NCBI RefSeq assembly: GCF_001186125.1
Contig: NW_014039659.1
Location: 1-33,202, forward strand
Reading direction: 5' to 3'
Source of the DNA: Sphaeroforma arctica JP610
Taxonomy: Eukaryota
DNA: 33,202 nucleotides
Positions 1 through 18,889 of this stretch are shown in pieces (position 1 is the first letter of the stretch; each line of letters starts with the position of its first letter). Position numbers and translations under genes: made by a program. The notes under the pieces were generated by a model. That model worked only from the letters and a program-made list of their open reading frames with translations. It was not told where the DNA came from and searched no databases.

Positions 1-945
1 TTATATTATATATTTGATTATATATTACATTATATATACAATATGAGCATGTATATATAACATAAAATTGAATATAGATTATACTATATACATAATATAT
101 TTATGTATATATAATATATAATAATATAATTGATTATAGATTATATTCTATATATTATATATGTATGTATATATAATATATATTTGATTATAGAATACAT
201 AGCATCTATAATTGATTATATATTAAATTATATATGTGTATATAATATATATTTTAAATCTATAAATAATATATGTATGTTTATATATATTATATAATAC
301 AATACAATTAATCATAGATTGTTCTATATATACAATATATGTATGTATATATAATATATAATTGATTATAGAATATATAGCATCTATAATTGATTATATA
401 TTAAATTATATATGTGTATATAATATATATTTTAAATATATATATAATATACTTTTGTATATATATTATATAATACAGTACAATTGATCATAGATTGTTC
501 TATATGTACAATATATGTATGTATATATAATATATAATTGATTATATATACAATATATACAATATATCCTATATATGTATGTATATATAATATATAATTG
601 ATAATAGAATATATATCATATATTATCGACTATAGATTAAATTTTATATATAATATATGTATGTATATATTATGTATAATTGATTATTGATTCTATTATA
701 TATATAAAATATGTTATATATATATACATATATATATGTATACATAAATAAATAATTGATTATAGATTTATATTATATATATATATATGTGTGTGTGTTT
801 GTGTGTACGTATATAATATATAATTGATTATGTATTATATAATTGATAATATAGGTCATATATATAATATAATTGATTTTAGATTGTAGATTTTAGATTG
901 ATTATATTATTGATTACAGATCTTTATTGTATTTTGGGTGTATAT
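1..945. repeat. Degenerate AT-rich satellite / (TA)n-rich tract flanking the retrotransposon
   Basis: Recurrent motif AATTGATTATAGA...TATGTATGTATATATAATATAT throughout. There is a near-identical block of about 180 bp (about 160-340 versus about 340-520). Confidence 0.9.
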
Positions 946-1062
946 AGTCACGGCGTGTTACATGTTTATTCTCAAACTCTATAACAGTTAAAACATATGC
1001 AGCTATATCACTGCCTTCTTTAGCTTCAAAATATATACAGCATATGCATGCATCGCACTTAA

Positions 1063-1830
1063 TTATCGCCACTTGGATGTGAAACCAGGCGCCTCATCCA
1101 GCATGGTTTTTATAGCTAAAGCTGTGACATGTCGATAAACCGTCCCCGTTTCCAACTCATATAGGGACGTGCCTATTACCCGTAATGTAGTGGCACTGTA
1201 GTTTATAAAGAATGTGGAGATTTCACTTCGCCATTCATGCATCAACCCCACGTCCAGTGATCTTTTTACCACATCAATGCCGTGCGCAAAAACATCTCTA
1301 TGCGATCATTCCCCCCATGCTCACCTTTAGAGACAAACCATATCTTAGCACCGCGACTCGTCAAATAGGTTGAAAACTCATCACTAATAAACGGGCTGTC
1401 TTGGTCCAGCACGTATTCCTTATTGTGCCTCCGTGGTTTAAGCTGAGTTTGAAAGAGTTTAATGACTTCCGCGGACATGTGTTCGTCGTCTCGTAATAGA
1501 GTGCCAAAGGCCCGCGGAGTACACCTGTCCTGGGCCGCTAGTATATATTTTTAGCCACCCTTATCCTCGTCCAACTCCAAATAGTCCATGTTGATCTGAT
1601 CGCACATAGCAGCAGACCGAACCGGTTGCTGTAGTAGTCCCCTAGTAGGCCCTGTAGATAACCCACACGTACGCACTCCGTACAACTGTCGGTGATTGGC
1701 TTGATAACATCCACCAGAATGTTCCGTCTATACTTATCTTGTGCCAATGCTCTCAAACGGTTAGTTTGTATGCTGGTGCCAAATCCATAGCGCGTTCAAA
1801 GTTGTTTTGGGTGGCACCAGTTTGCCCATT
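1063..1830 (-). pseudogene. Retroviral-type (rve) integrase, disrupted
   Basis: Zinc-finger region: KLVPPK..WHQHTN*P / ..KPITDSCTECVR. Catalytic core: CDQINMDYL (first D), GG*KYILAAQDRCT, YVLDQDSPFISDEF (second D), HGGNDRIEMFLRT (E). This is followed by HEWRSEISTFFINYSATTLRVIGTSLYELETG, which resembles W...YN.T.H..TG.SP.EL..G. Confidence 0.9.
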
Positions 1831-2773
1831 GCTGTCACACATCTTCAACCGATCAATGCGGCTAATAACCGCTTTTTCCGTTTTTGACATGTTTCGTAGC
1901 GACGTTTTCCGCAACCGGCGACGGTTATGAATGTGAATGGGCGCATCCGTGGTGACGTCGTCTGAAATCGTATACCAAACCTCCGGCGGCGCCACTCGCG
2001 GCTTCGTCCATGTACGTGGGCCTACATCCTCTACTTCCAATGCATTCTCCATGTACTGCGCTGCTTGGAATGCGGCGACCTTTTCACTTGTGCCAATCGA
2101 CACCTCTTGAAATGCCAAATGAATCCGAGGAGCTTCGCAATCATCATCAGCGCCCAACAGTCCAATCTCAATATAACCTACCTTGTGCGGCGTTGGCTGT
2201 GCCAAGTGCTCTTTCGTGGGCGCCACAGTGCTCTCATCACTACTCGCTGGCTGCAGGGCAGAAAATTTATTGTCCGCTTGCATCCAAGTCATGGCAAAAG
2301 AATGCACACCATCTGCCTCGTCTGCTGAATTATCCTGAACGACCTCCAAGATATCCTGTCCCTCCCGACTCTCCAGTGCCCGGGACATGTCTGTTTGTGC
2401 CAGTTCCTGTTATACCTGCCCAAGTGCTTGAGACATGTCCGTTGGGGCCAACTCTGTACTGTTCACGTGCCGTGAGTTTACCGGTGACAACGGTGACATC
2501 TTTCCAGGTCCGAACTTCCACGTCGCTTGTTTCTGCGCCCCTTGCGCCACATTTGACGGTGAAGGGACTCGCTTGGTGCTGAACCATTTCCATGTTCTCG
2601 GTTCTTCGCTGCCCTGATCCGTTGCAACCGCCGATGTCATTGGTGTTGACACACAACAGGGCTGTAGTGGGTATTCTATACGATGTAGACTTGTTGGCGC
2701 CCGTTGTTTCCCTACTGCATGCCAAAATCGGAGTGGAAGGTGTGGTGGCGTAGGTTTACCACTAACACGGCAA

Positions 2774-3149
2774 TCACGTATATTCCCAAGGAGGTAAACC
2801 CAGGATCGTCCGTCCTCGGTGAAGAAATGTATCCTCGCGATGCGGTATCACCAGTGGTATTCCTTGCGTCATGTGGACGAGTAACGGGAACCAAACGGCC
2901 TTAGGTCGATAAGGTACCACCGCCGCTACATACGTATTCGGCATATGTTCAACCGATTTCAAGAAAGGAAGAAAAAAATCGGCCACGAGGAGTTCATATA
3001 TGCTCGAATATGGCGAAGGTCAACCCAAACGCATCCGTGCCCCAGAGGCCTGAGCCATCTTTGGTACAGTAAACCGCCATCACACGGCCTTCATGGCCAG
3101 CAAAGAGTTCAACGTCAAAGGAGCCATAGAGCTGATCAATCAAGTACAC
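2774..3149 (-). pseudogene. Dam-like / DIRS-type DNA N6-adenine methyltransferase domain inside Pol, with two frameshifts
   Basis: Joined frames read VYLIDQLYGSFDVELFAGHEGRVMAVYCTKDGSGLWGTDAF / VDLRHIRAYMNSSWPIF / LPFLKSVEHMPNTYVAAVVPYRPKAVWFPLLVHM...PPWE. This fits the pattern FDxDLFA ... YC ... DAF ... YxNPP(W/F) ... VVPxxPxAxWFP. The catalytic NPPW position reads NSSW (2983-2994). Confidence 0.8.
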
Positions 3150-3389
3150 CTAGGTAAGATTAAAAGAGTAGCTGTCCGGGAACCTGTACCGTGATTTGCT
3201 ATACACTAACACATCTGTATCGTCCTGAACTATATTCACTTTGTCATGACCCCACGTGATTCGTTGTTGCCGCGGCGCAAAAGATAGTGCACGCGTTGGT
3301 TGACTAACCGACTACACTTCTTCCGTAACTTTACCAAAACCTACACGACTTGCCCCTTTCTGTTGAAGTAGCTTGTCTGTGTGGTTCAT

Positions 3390-4260
3390 TGAACGCGAGA
3401 AGCAATTACCGAACACTGTGAGTGGTCGTTGAACATATCGCACGTCCATTACTACTTCCTTAATAGTGTTGAGAGCGCGGATAATTATGCTGTTCTTGGA
3501 ACTCTATTCCTGAAAGTAGGCTTCTGGGTTCGCTATGAAATTTAATAGAGGTTTGTGGTCTGTGACCATAAGCACTAATCGTACAGATCTGCGACAAAGT
3601 ACAAACGCTTTCCTCGCACTAAATGTGCAACCGACCATCTCTCTATCCGTAGCCCCATAGTTTCTTTGTACGGGGTTGAGTTTACTCGAACAAAATGCTA
3701 CCGGGAAGAGGAATATATACTCGCCGATAGTGATGTCCAATCCTTTGGACTATCCTCGGTTACTACCGATATGTCAGAGTCGTGCGCAAGTGAACCATTC
3801 TGCGTCTTCGTCATGCCCGCAAGTGAACCACCCTGCGCTGCATCCTGTGGGTTTCCAGGTGTCACAACAGTGAACCACTCTGTTGTAAGTGCGGTTTTCC
3901 GCGCCCGACTGTCGTATCACTGATCACTGTGCGCTCCCGTTGTGCGTTTTCTATGTTCGTAGCCGCGTTTCGTGGCGTGAAAGGTTAAACCCCTGGTTAA
4001 AAAATGGATTATAGACGATCTCTGGTTTGTTTGGTTCTTCATAAATGGATTCTTCCTGATCTGAAATCACTAACCTCGGTGTTTGTGAGTGAAGTGTCAG
4101 AGGTGATAGACCTAATGCCTCTCTATACCTCCGGCAGTCTGCTACACAAGACTGTTCTGTGTCCCATTCCTCGGCTCCTGGCCGGGGTATCTGTACAGAT
4201 ACTGCAGCCCCAACCCCGACATTGCACGCGTCGGGCATGATTATTAGCTGTTGGTGTGGG
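3390..4260 (-). pseudogene. Ty3/Gypsy RNase H, split by a large insertion
   Basis: LIIMPDACNVGVGAAVSVQ (about 4190-4250), then FPVAFCSSKLNPVQRNYGATDREMVG..VTDHKPLL (about 3540-3710), then VRYVQRPLTVFGNCFSR, which corresponds to the ADALSR motif. Confidence 0.9.
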
Positions 4261-4446
4261 AGAGGCTCATAAATTTTCATTCTCCGCATAATCAACGCTA
4301 CAGCTTCTGAAGGGCAGCTTATTGGGGTGCCTTCCATGAGAACACCGCCCCCTTCTTCGTCAGATCCGACATAGGGACCGCAATAGATGTCATATTCAGT
4401 ATGCACCTGTTCTACCAAGACATCACTGCTGTAAGGAAATTAGATC

Positions 4447-5260
4447 TTATCGGTTGACCGGTGCTGGTCTGTCAAACAACGCCTGTGTCCACTCTTTCAT
4501 TATCATAGATGTATTTCCCACTTGTTCCCGACCATAAAACACTGTCGGAATGTCTGCTAGAAGCATTATCTGAGTTTTTATTTGTTGTTGCAATTGTATG
4601 TTCTCTGCGACGCATATGTCTACAAACTGAATCACGTGCTGCCAATGTCTCTCCAAGGCGTCAACTACCGATTATGTATGTCGCCTGTGTGTCACCGGCT
4701 TGTTATCACCAGCTTGTTGCCACCATTATACAATTTAGGGTTTGGGGCTTCCGTCTCGGTATAATGCTGCATATCAAAGGATTCATTTTCGATCCCTTCC
4801 TGTAGGCATGTGGGTCTATGGAGTTTTCCGTCCGCCGTCACATATGTTAGGTAGTCCCTGGATCCCTGTTCTAACTCCAGTTGATGGTACGACGCTGCCA
4901 GGTCTGCCACTGTCGTTATCAACGCGTTTGTTCCGTGGGTGCCCATGTCCTCATCTTACGGTAATTGGTACGCCACCCTCACCATTTGCTTGTTTACTTC
5001 GATGTAATTAATGGTAATCGCATAATCCTTTAGATTTTTCGGTTCCACCCGTGGGTCTTTCCGTACCGCTTTAACTGAGCTGACATACCGGCTGAAGCGA
5101 TTTTCTGCCTCCGCTTTTCCTTGGCGATGTAGCTCATTGATTTTCTTGATGTCCACTTTCTTCAACAGCGGGTCCTTAGTGAAATATATTGACCGAGATG
5201 GTCCTGCATCTTCCTTAGGCTGCAATATGACTTGGTCATTTCTTATAAATTTGGTGTGTC
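4447..5260 (-). pseudogene. Reverse transcriptase, disrupted
   Basis: YVSSVKAVRK..DYAITINYIEVNKQMVRVAYQLP, ADLAASYHQLEL..SRDYLTYVT..GKLHRPTCLQEGIEN, and ERHWQHVIQFVDICVAENIQLQ. The YxDD position reads HTGD at 4680-4691, directly after a stop codon. Confidence 0.9.
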
Positions 5261-5433
5261 TCGGATCATAGCGCGCCTGTAAAAATTTATCTTTCACTGC
5301 ATCGACCTCCTCATTTGTCTTTCCTAGCAGTTTCCCAACTCCCTCTAAATGCGAAAAGTCATACTCATCCAGTAGCTTCCCATCCAAATCCGGGACGCGC
5401 TGTTCATCTATCTCCGACCACGATTTACCCTGT

Positions 5434-5832
5434 TTAAGTATGAGGAAATTCATGTCCTGTACCTGCGGTATCTGTAGTATAAACGTGGGAGGGATAGTAC
5501 TTTGGTTCCCAGTTTGTTCCTAGTAAATTGCCTCTCATGACGTCAAATCCCACTAAAACGTCACAGTCTTGTGGCAACCACTCCGAGATCAGAAATAAAA
5601 TCTCACGCGTTTCGCAGAATGTCGGCATGCCGTCGGCTACCCTTACTTGTAGAATTAACGTTGCTGTTGTGCGGTGTGTAAGTGCTGCTTCTCCACTGCC
5701 TCCAAACTCTCTGATGTGAATTGGGTTAGTCGCAGTGATAGTTAACTGATGCTTCTCGCGTAGTCGACCAGCATCGTTGCCGGTCCAGCATCGTTGCCGG
5801 TCTTGCTCCCGTATCGTTGTAGATGAAAGCAT
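5434..5832 (-). pseudogene. Retropepsin-like aspartic protease, disrupted
   Basis: It lies between the Gag knuckle and RT. The C-terminal motif FLISEWLPQDCDVLVGFDVM resembles ILGxDxL. The candidate active site TMLVDY is in an alternate frame, next to a 17-bp tandem duplication (5768-5801). Confidence 0.65.
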
Positions 5833-6028
5833 GCTCGTCTTCGCATAGCGCTTCAGTAACTGGTCCAGTTCACTCTTGTACTTCTACTGTCGCGTCCCTT
5901 TCATCGTCGAGCTAAGCTGTTGCCACTGATTGTCACCTAGGGGGTTCCTCTGCTCTGAACGTAACGTGTTCCTGTTCTTGTGCGGCGATGGGTCCACTGC
6001 TCTGCTTCTGTTCCGCTGCCTCCCCCTA

Positions 6029-8358
6029 TCATAAATGTTTTTCCTGTGGGCACGTATTTTGGTAGTGACCCGGTTTACAGCAATTATGGTATACCGGGCA
6101 TACAGAGCCCATATATCTCACATTACACTTACTGTACTGGGGTGCCGGACCTGGCGACATGGACCTCCTCGTGTTGCCATGTCTGCTGTCCCTACCACAC
6201 CGATCATTTCTGCTCACAGGCCTACTAGAGTCCCTACTGTACGAGCTCCCATGATCTCTGCTATTGCTCCGCATATATCTGGCCTGAGGTCGAGGCTGTC
6301 GGTCCGGGGTGCGTCTGTCGGACAAATATCCATCCGTTACCTGCCTATTATTCCCATATTGTGACTTGACTAACTGTGCTGCATGTGCTTCTGCTCTCCC
6401 CGGCCCAAATGTGTCGAAGATTTCCGGCATTGTGGTACGACGGTTTCTAGGAAACGCCGCATTCATAAATGTGCGTCCTGCCGTTTGTAGCTCTTTTAAA
6501 GCCTTGAGCAGCTGTGGTGTAACTATGTTATAAATAGATGTAAGAGCTATTCGCAACTGTGTGTCCTTCGTAACTGCATGCAGCATAGTTTGCGCTGCGA
6601 AGTAACCTCCTCGCGACGCATCCTGTCGTAGTTTTCGTCGATGGCTTCCCAGGGTATGACATGTACTGGTGCTTTCTCCTGGGACCCAGATTGCCTGTAT
6701 GGTGGCTTGTTCTGTTGAAAATCACTATCACCATATCCAAATTGATTGACTGGGTGGCGCAGCTTGGTTTTGCCCTACAAGCTGTCTACATTGTACATAT
6801 TTCTATTCGGGAACCACACCTTGTGTTGTGGTACGTAGATATATGCCTCTCGCTGATTCGTCGTCCGGCACCAACGCCCTGCTGCACTGAAAATAAAATC
6901 ATCCCCATAGTCAATGATTTCTCCCTGCTGGCTGACCACATGATGTGCTGTACGAAGTCCCCAGTGCACCCCTTCCCATCTCGATGTTCCCCCGCGCGGC
7001 TTAATAGACACTGGCGCCGTTCGCACCATCGTCAAATGTGCAATAATCTCTACATCGGGTGCTGGGCCGTCCGGCAATAATGACTCGTCTCGTTACCACA
7101 GGATATCATCCCAAGCTCGCTTCTCCTGAATTGTGCTCGGTCCCTGCAATCGTTATCGTGGCGCGATACCCTAAACCTAGGTGGTGACCGTCGCACTACC
7201 GGACGGTGTGGTGACAGCGACCTTGACCTGCTGCTTTGTCGCGACCGTGTCCGGGAACTGCTGCGTCGTTGCGAACTCGAAATGGTACCCTGTAGTGAGC
7301 ACGAAGCGTGTCGCCTATTCCGGCTGGCACTTATCCCATCGGCGGGGTTGAGAGTGTCTCGAAGATCCCCTTGACCCTCCCCTTGACCCCTTTGACCCTC
7401 CCCTTGACCCCCTGGGGTGATTCTCGAATGGTGAATTTGTGGACCTCGCCCGATGTTACTCCCTTCATCATCCCCCCAGGATTCTCGTCTCCGCTTGTTC
7501 GTCTTCCTAGTTGCTGCATCCTCTGCATCCTCTCTCTGTTCGCCGTCCTCAAGTTCTTCTTTCTGCTCGTTGATCTTCGTGAAAGCCGTTATGGTGGCCT
7601 GTATATCTAGCTCCTTCTCTGCATACCGCTCCTGGCCTTCACTATCAATCTGTATTAACTTTTCTGGTATACCCTTCAACCCTCTACTCAACCAAAGCGG
7701 TGTCGTCGGTCGTTGCCGTGGTGTCGTTCGGGGCTGCTCAGGTGCACGAAATTGTGCTTGCATTCTTAAATTAGCTCAATAGATCTCTACCGGCGTCATT
7801 CCTGAGCCTTCAGCACACAACATGCTCAGCTTCATAGGTGCGTTACGCAACGCCTTTTGTGTGCTGCTTTGCGGATTGAGCTCATTTTCGGTGGCGTATA
7901 TATGACACGCCCCGCTGCAAATTCTGCTAACTCATTATCATTACCGCTCGGCTCCATGCTGCCGCTGTCACATTGTCACTCATGTCTGTGGCTTTCGCAT
8001 GCAAATCGACCACGTACAACGGTACAAACAGATACGACGGTGCGCCAAAGTTTTCCAACAACACTCGCTCCACATCCAGTACCCCTGGGTCATTTGGCAG
8101 AAGTGGGTACAACTCGATCAGCACGGACTGGTCTAAGTATTCGTACATTATTTCCAATATTGCCTGCTTCGGAGACAAACCTTTCATGGCTTGGGCACAC
8201 ACCTTGCCCCCTCTTAAATCTCCGCCATGGTCGCAGAAAACAAAAAAAACAAAAAAACGCCTATGGGATCTTGCTTGGCTGCCATATACACCTTCGAAGG
8301 TGACATCGTGTGCCGAGAGATCGATCAAAAACAACTCACGTCCTCTTCTCGAGTCCAA
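6029..8358 (-). pseudogene. Long Gag/ORF1 region with a C-terminal zinc knuckle, fragmented into several ORFs
   Basis: Consecutive minus ORFs at 7927-8358, 7050-7763, 6775-7077 and 6029-6586. The last ends YHNCCKPGHYQNTC, a CX2CX4HX4C knuckle with the first Cys reading Tyr, immediately upstream of the protease. Confidence 0.65.
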
Positions 8359-8496
8359 AAAGAAAAATTAAATGTGTCTTCTCAGCTCCTCGACGTCTGT
8401 GGTTGATGCCGTCAAGGCTAATTTAATCGTAGTTCGAGTTTATATAATCGTTACACTAGGTTTCTTTATTTTAACTGTTAACTAGATGTTAGCTAT

Positions 8497-8592
8497 GACG
8501 TTCCAACCTAACCAAGTGTAAAAGTGGGCTGACGTTCCCTCAGTCCCACTCCTCATATGTCCACTCCCGATCCACTACTAGGCTGTGATGCA
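8497..8592 (-). other. Candidate 5' LTR remnant (TG...CA, 8592-8517) followed by a candidate primer-binding site (TGG at 8514)
   Basis: The minus strand reads (TA)n-TGCATCAC...TTTTACA-CT-TGGTTAGGTTGGAACG upstream of gag. No matching second LTR is seen in the window. Confidence 0.35.
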
Positions 8593-8850
<258 letters not shown>

Positions 8851-9215
8851 ATAATTACAATTAAAAACTTTCGCATTCATTCGAAATTACATACATGCAG
8901 CATATTTACATTTATGTAAACGGTATTGTTTTTGGAATTCCACACCACTTTGTATATTTGTTTTAATATTCAATTTTCCGCACAACTTACTTTGAGCCAT
9001 GCAGTGCTTCGAAAACATTTGTTCACAGAACAATTACAACTCACCCCCCCCAACGTATTCGGGTAAGGTTGAACTAAACTCTCGCATAGAGCAAGCATTG
9101 CTCAATTTGCTCTTACACCTACAGAATGCAAATCTTGTCCAGTAGCTACTAATCGAATCGTCGGCTGTTAATAGAACATCTGCGGACACCCAATCAGATC
9201 TTCCGTTGGATAAAA

Positions 9216-16486
<7,271 letters not shown>

Positions 16487-16852
16487 CTTGGCTGCCGAAC
16501 TGAGCTTATGTGCGCACTACAACTAACGGGATATAGAATTATAGATACAACTACACACTTCAGAAGTTCAGATACGCTCATTTAACACCCTCTGACCTCT
16601 GGTTGTTTATTTATAGCATAGGCCTTGGTATTTACATTTTTAAGCTCTTTTTTATATAATTAACCTCGAGCATTTCTGATTTCACGTTGGCGGTTGGTCG
16701 GGTCACACAAGTTTTTGTTTTCTTTTCAACTTTTAAAATTTATCTTCCAATCAAATGCGAGAGACAGCTAGAGCCAAACTGAGAATGCTTCAGATATAAA
16801 TACATAGTCTAAATACATACGGCTACTGTTGTGTCGTATGTTCATACCCGTA

Positions 16853-17068
16853 GCCATAATACCCATTGTCTAAATACTACTACTATGTGCATACCCATAG
16901 GTGTCCATAGTACCCCTTGTCTAAATAATACTACTATGTACATACCCATAAGTGTTCATAGTACCCATTGTCTAAATACTACTACTATGTACCCACCCAT
17001 AGGTGTCCATAGTACCCCTTGTCTAAATACTACTACTATGTACTTTCCTATAGGTGTCCACAGTACCT
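16853..17068. repeat. Tandem repeat, 51-bp unit, about 4 copies, upstream of the WDR1 start
   Basis: GTCTAAATA recurs at 16868, 16919, 16970 and 17021. Confidence 0.93.
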
Positions 17069-18505
17069 GTGTGTTATCTTTAGCTGGCCTGTACAATTTG
17101 TGTAAATAATGTGCAATGCGGAGTTGTGAAGTGATGTGAAAGCCTGAACGACAGAAGGCCGAAGGGTTCGTAACTTCATAGTGTATAGTTTCTAACAACA
17201 TGTACAAAGGTACTTCAAACAACGCGTCGCTTCAGAATACTTTGAATTAATGATGATGGTTTACTTCTTTTTCTATAAACAATACACTTTCAGTGACTCG
17301 GCCGACATGCCGTTCAACGCTACCAGTTACAGTAGCGGTAGATAACATTTTCTTCCGTAATTGTAGCTTTGCTATACAACCCCCTTGAAAGTACCGCCAC
17401 ACGACACACAGTCGCATATCAGTAATATGATTTGTAGCATCGTGGTGGGTACTCAGGCTATAGCAGAAAAATTGAATTGAGAGACTATGAGGTGCATAAT
17501 AATCATCATGGGGGAACAAGCCTAGCCATTGGCAACCTTACCACAAGCAAGTTTGGAAACAATATTCAAAAGGGACATATATAGTAGACTCCAATTCGTC
17601 GTATGTTAGCGAAAGGAAACAATCCCTCTATTGTGAAGTAGTCTGCATCTATAAACGCTTATTTTTAGGAGAATATCATAGTATAGGATAACAGGGTTTA
17701 GGGTTTTTCATTGCATTTTTTTTTCCAGGCGTATAAATATGTACCTATAGGCGTGCACATATGCATACAATACGTGTCTCGCTTGTGCCCGAGCACGAGC
17801 TATTGACATCAGCAGTTCACCATACAGCTGCAGTATTTGAATATATAATCATAATCTATCAGTTAGTTTTGTTCTACAACTCATAAAGATACAATAGGAG
17901 GTTATGAGAAATGTGTGGACATATCTTTTTTAGTCGGTGGTGAGGCTATCCGCGGTATGCCTTCATCCCTTGAGCACATATTGATCGGCTCTGTGTCTGC
18001 CACCTGTCGAGCTGTGGGTGTGAACTGCGAACCCGTTAACTATTATACATGTTATTGTACTGGCAGCTTTGATTAACACACGCCGAAATAAGACAGCGAG
18101 TGACAGTGTACCTACCGAATGTCCTGGTTGTATTCAAGTACAACATCTGAGCTGAATTGTTAATGCGCCTCAGCAATGAAGAAATATACAAAAGCATCAA
18201 TGATGAGCGTTGAATGGAGAGCCTGTAGCGGAGATGTAGATGTAGATATATATATATCGCTTGCCAAGAATTCGAATTACATTATGAATATTCACCGCGA
18301 AGTGATCTAAACAGCTGACTACAGCCTAAAGTCTATTATTAACACTTACAAAAAAACACTACAGACAGGCAAGGTCCGTGAAGAAACAGTAAAGAAAATA
18401 ATAATAGTAAGAATAAGTCATAGTATGTTGGCGGTGCCAATTAACTACAGACCACAGCAAGCATTTAGTGTATTTACATATCTGAGAATAAAATATTAAT
18501 AGTAA

Positions 18506-18680
18506 AAATAAGTCATAGTATGTTAAAATAAGTCATAGTATGTTAAAATAAGTCGTAGTATGTTAAAATAAGTCATAGTATGTTGAAATAAGTCATAGTT
18601 TGTTAAAATAAGTCATAGTATGTTGAAATAAGTCATAGTATGTTAAAATAAGTTGTAGTATGTTGGCGGTGCCAATTAAC
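18506..18680. repeat. Minisatellite, 20-bp unit (AAATAAGTCATAGTATGTTA), about 8 copies
   Basis: Directly visible. A related single unit with the same flank (TATGTTGGCGGTGCCAATTAAC) occurs at about 18412-18445. Confidence 0.95.
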
Positions 18681-18889
18681 AATATACCAAGGCAAGCCAG
18701 TAGTGTATATACATAGCAATCGAGTATTCCGCCTGGTTACATAGACGAGGTGTTTATTCTGACCGCCTAGGTACGCCCAGCGCACTTACAGTGGTCACTT
18801 CTCATCTGTTCTCGTGGGTCGGCCGTAGCTGTTACACAGAACAGGCATGGGCAGACAATACTATCGACAGCAGCGTACAGTCCGTCATC

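Larger units (their letters stand above)
1063..8592 (-). mobile_element. Degenerate Ty3/Gypsy LTR retrotransposon (Gag-PR-RT-RH-MTase-INT); no 3' LTR found
   Basis: Minus-strand frames give, in order: a zinc knuckle, a retropepsin C-terminal motif, RT motifs, RNase H motifs and an HHCC plus DDE integrase. RT-RH before INT is the Gypsy-type order, and the RT/RH motifs match Ty3/Gypsy consensus. Many stops and frameshifts are present. The boundaries are approximate. Confidence 0.92.

Noticed and set aside
982..993. 12-bp inverted match (TAACAGTTAAAA) to 8469-8480 as possible terminal inverted repeats
   Set aside because: It is short and AT-rich, does not extend, and is inconsistent with LTR structure.
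2900..2960. EYVCSGGGTLS in one minus frame resembling cytosine-MTase motif I
   Set aside because: No PCQ or ENV motifs follow, and an overlapping frame fits the adenine-MTase VVP..WFP motif much better.
1063..8592. Classification of the element as DIRS because of the MTase domain
   Set aside because: It has a protease-like region, an HHCC/DDE integrase and Ty3-type RT/RH motifs, and no tyrosine recombinase motif was seen.
17100..18400. Possible small gene or ncRNA in the intergenic region
   Set aside because: There are only short ORFs without motifs, no consistent exon chain, and no tRNA/rRNA signatures that I could recognise.
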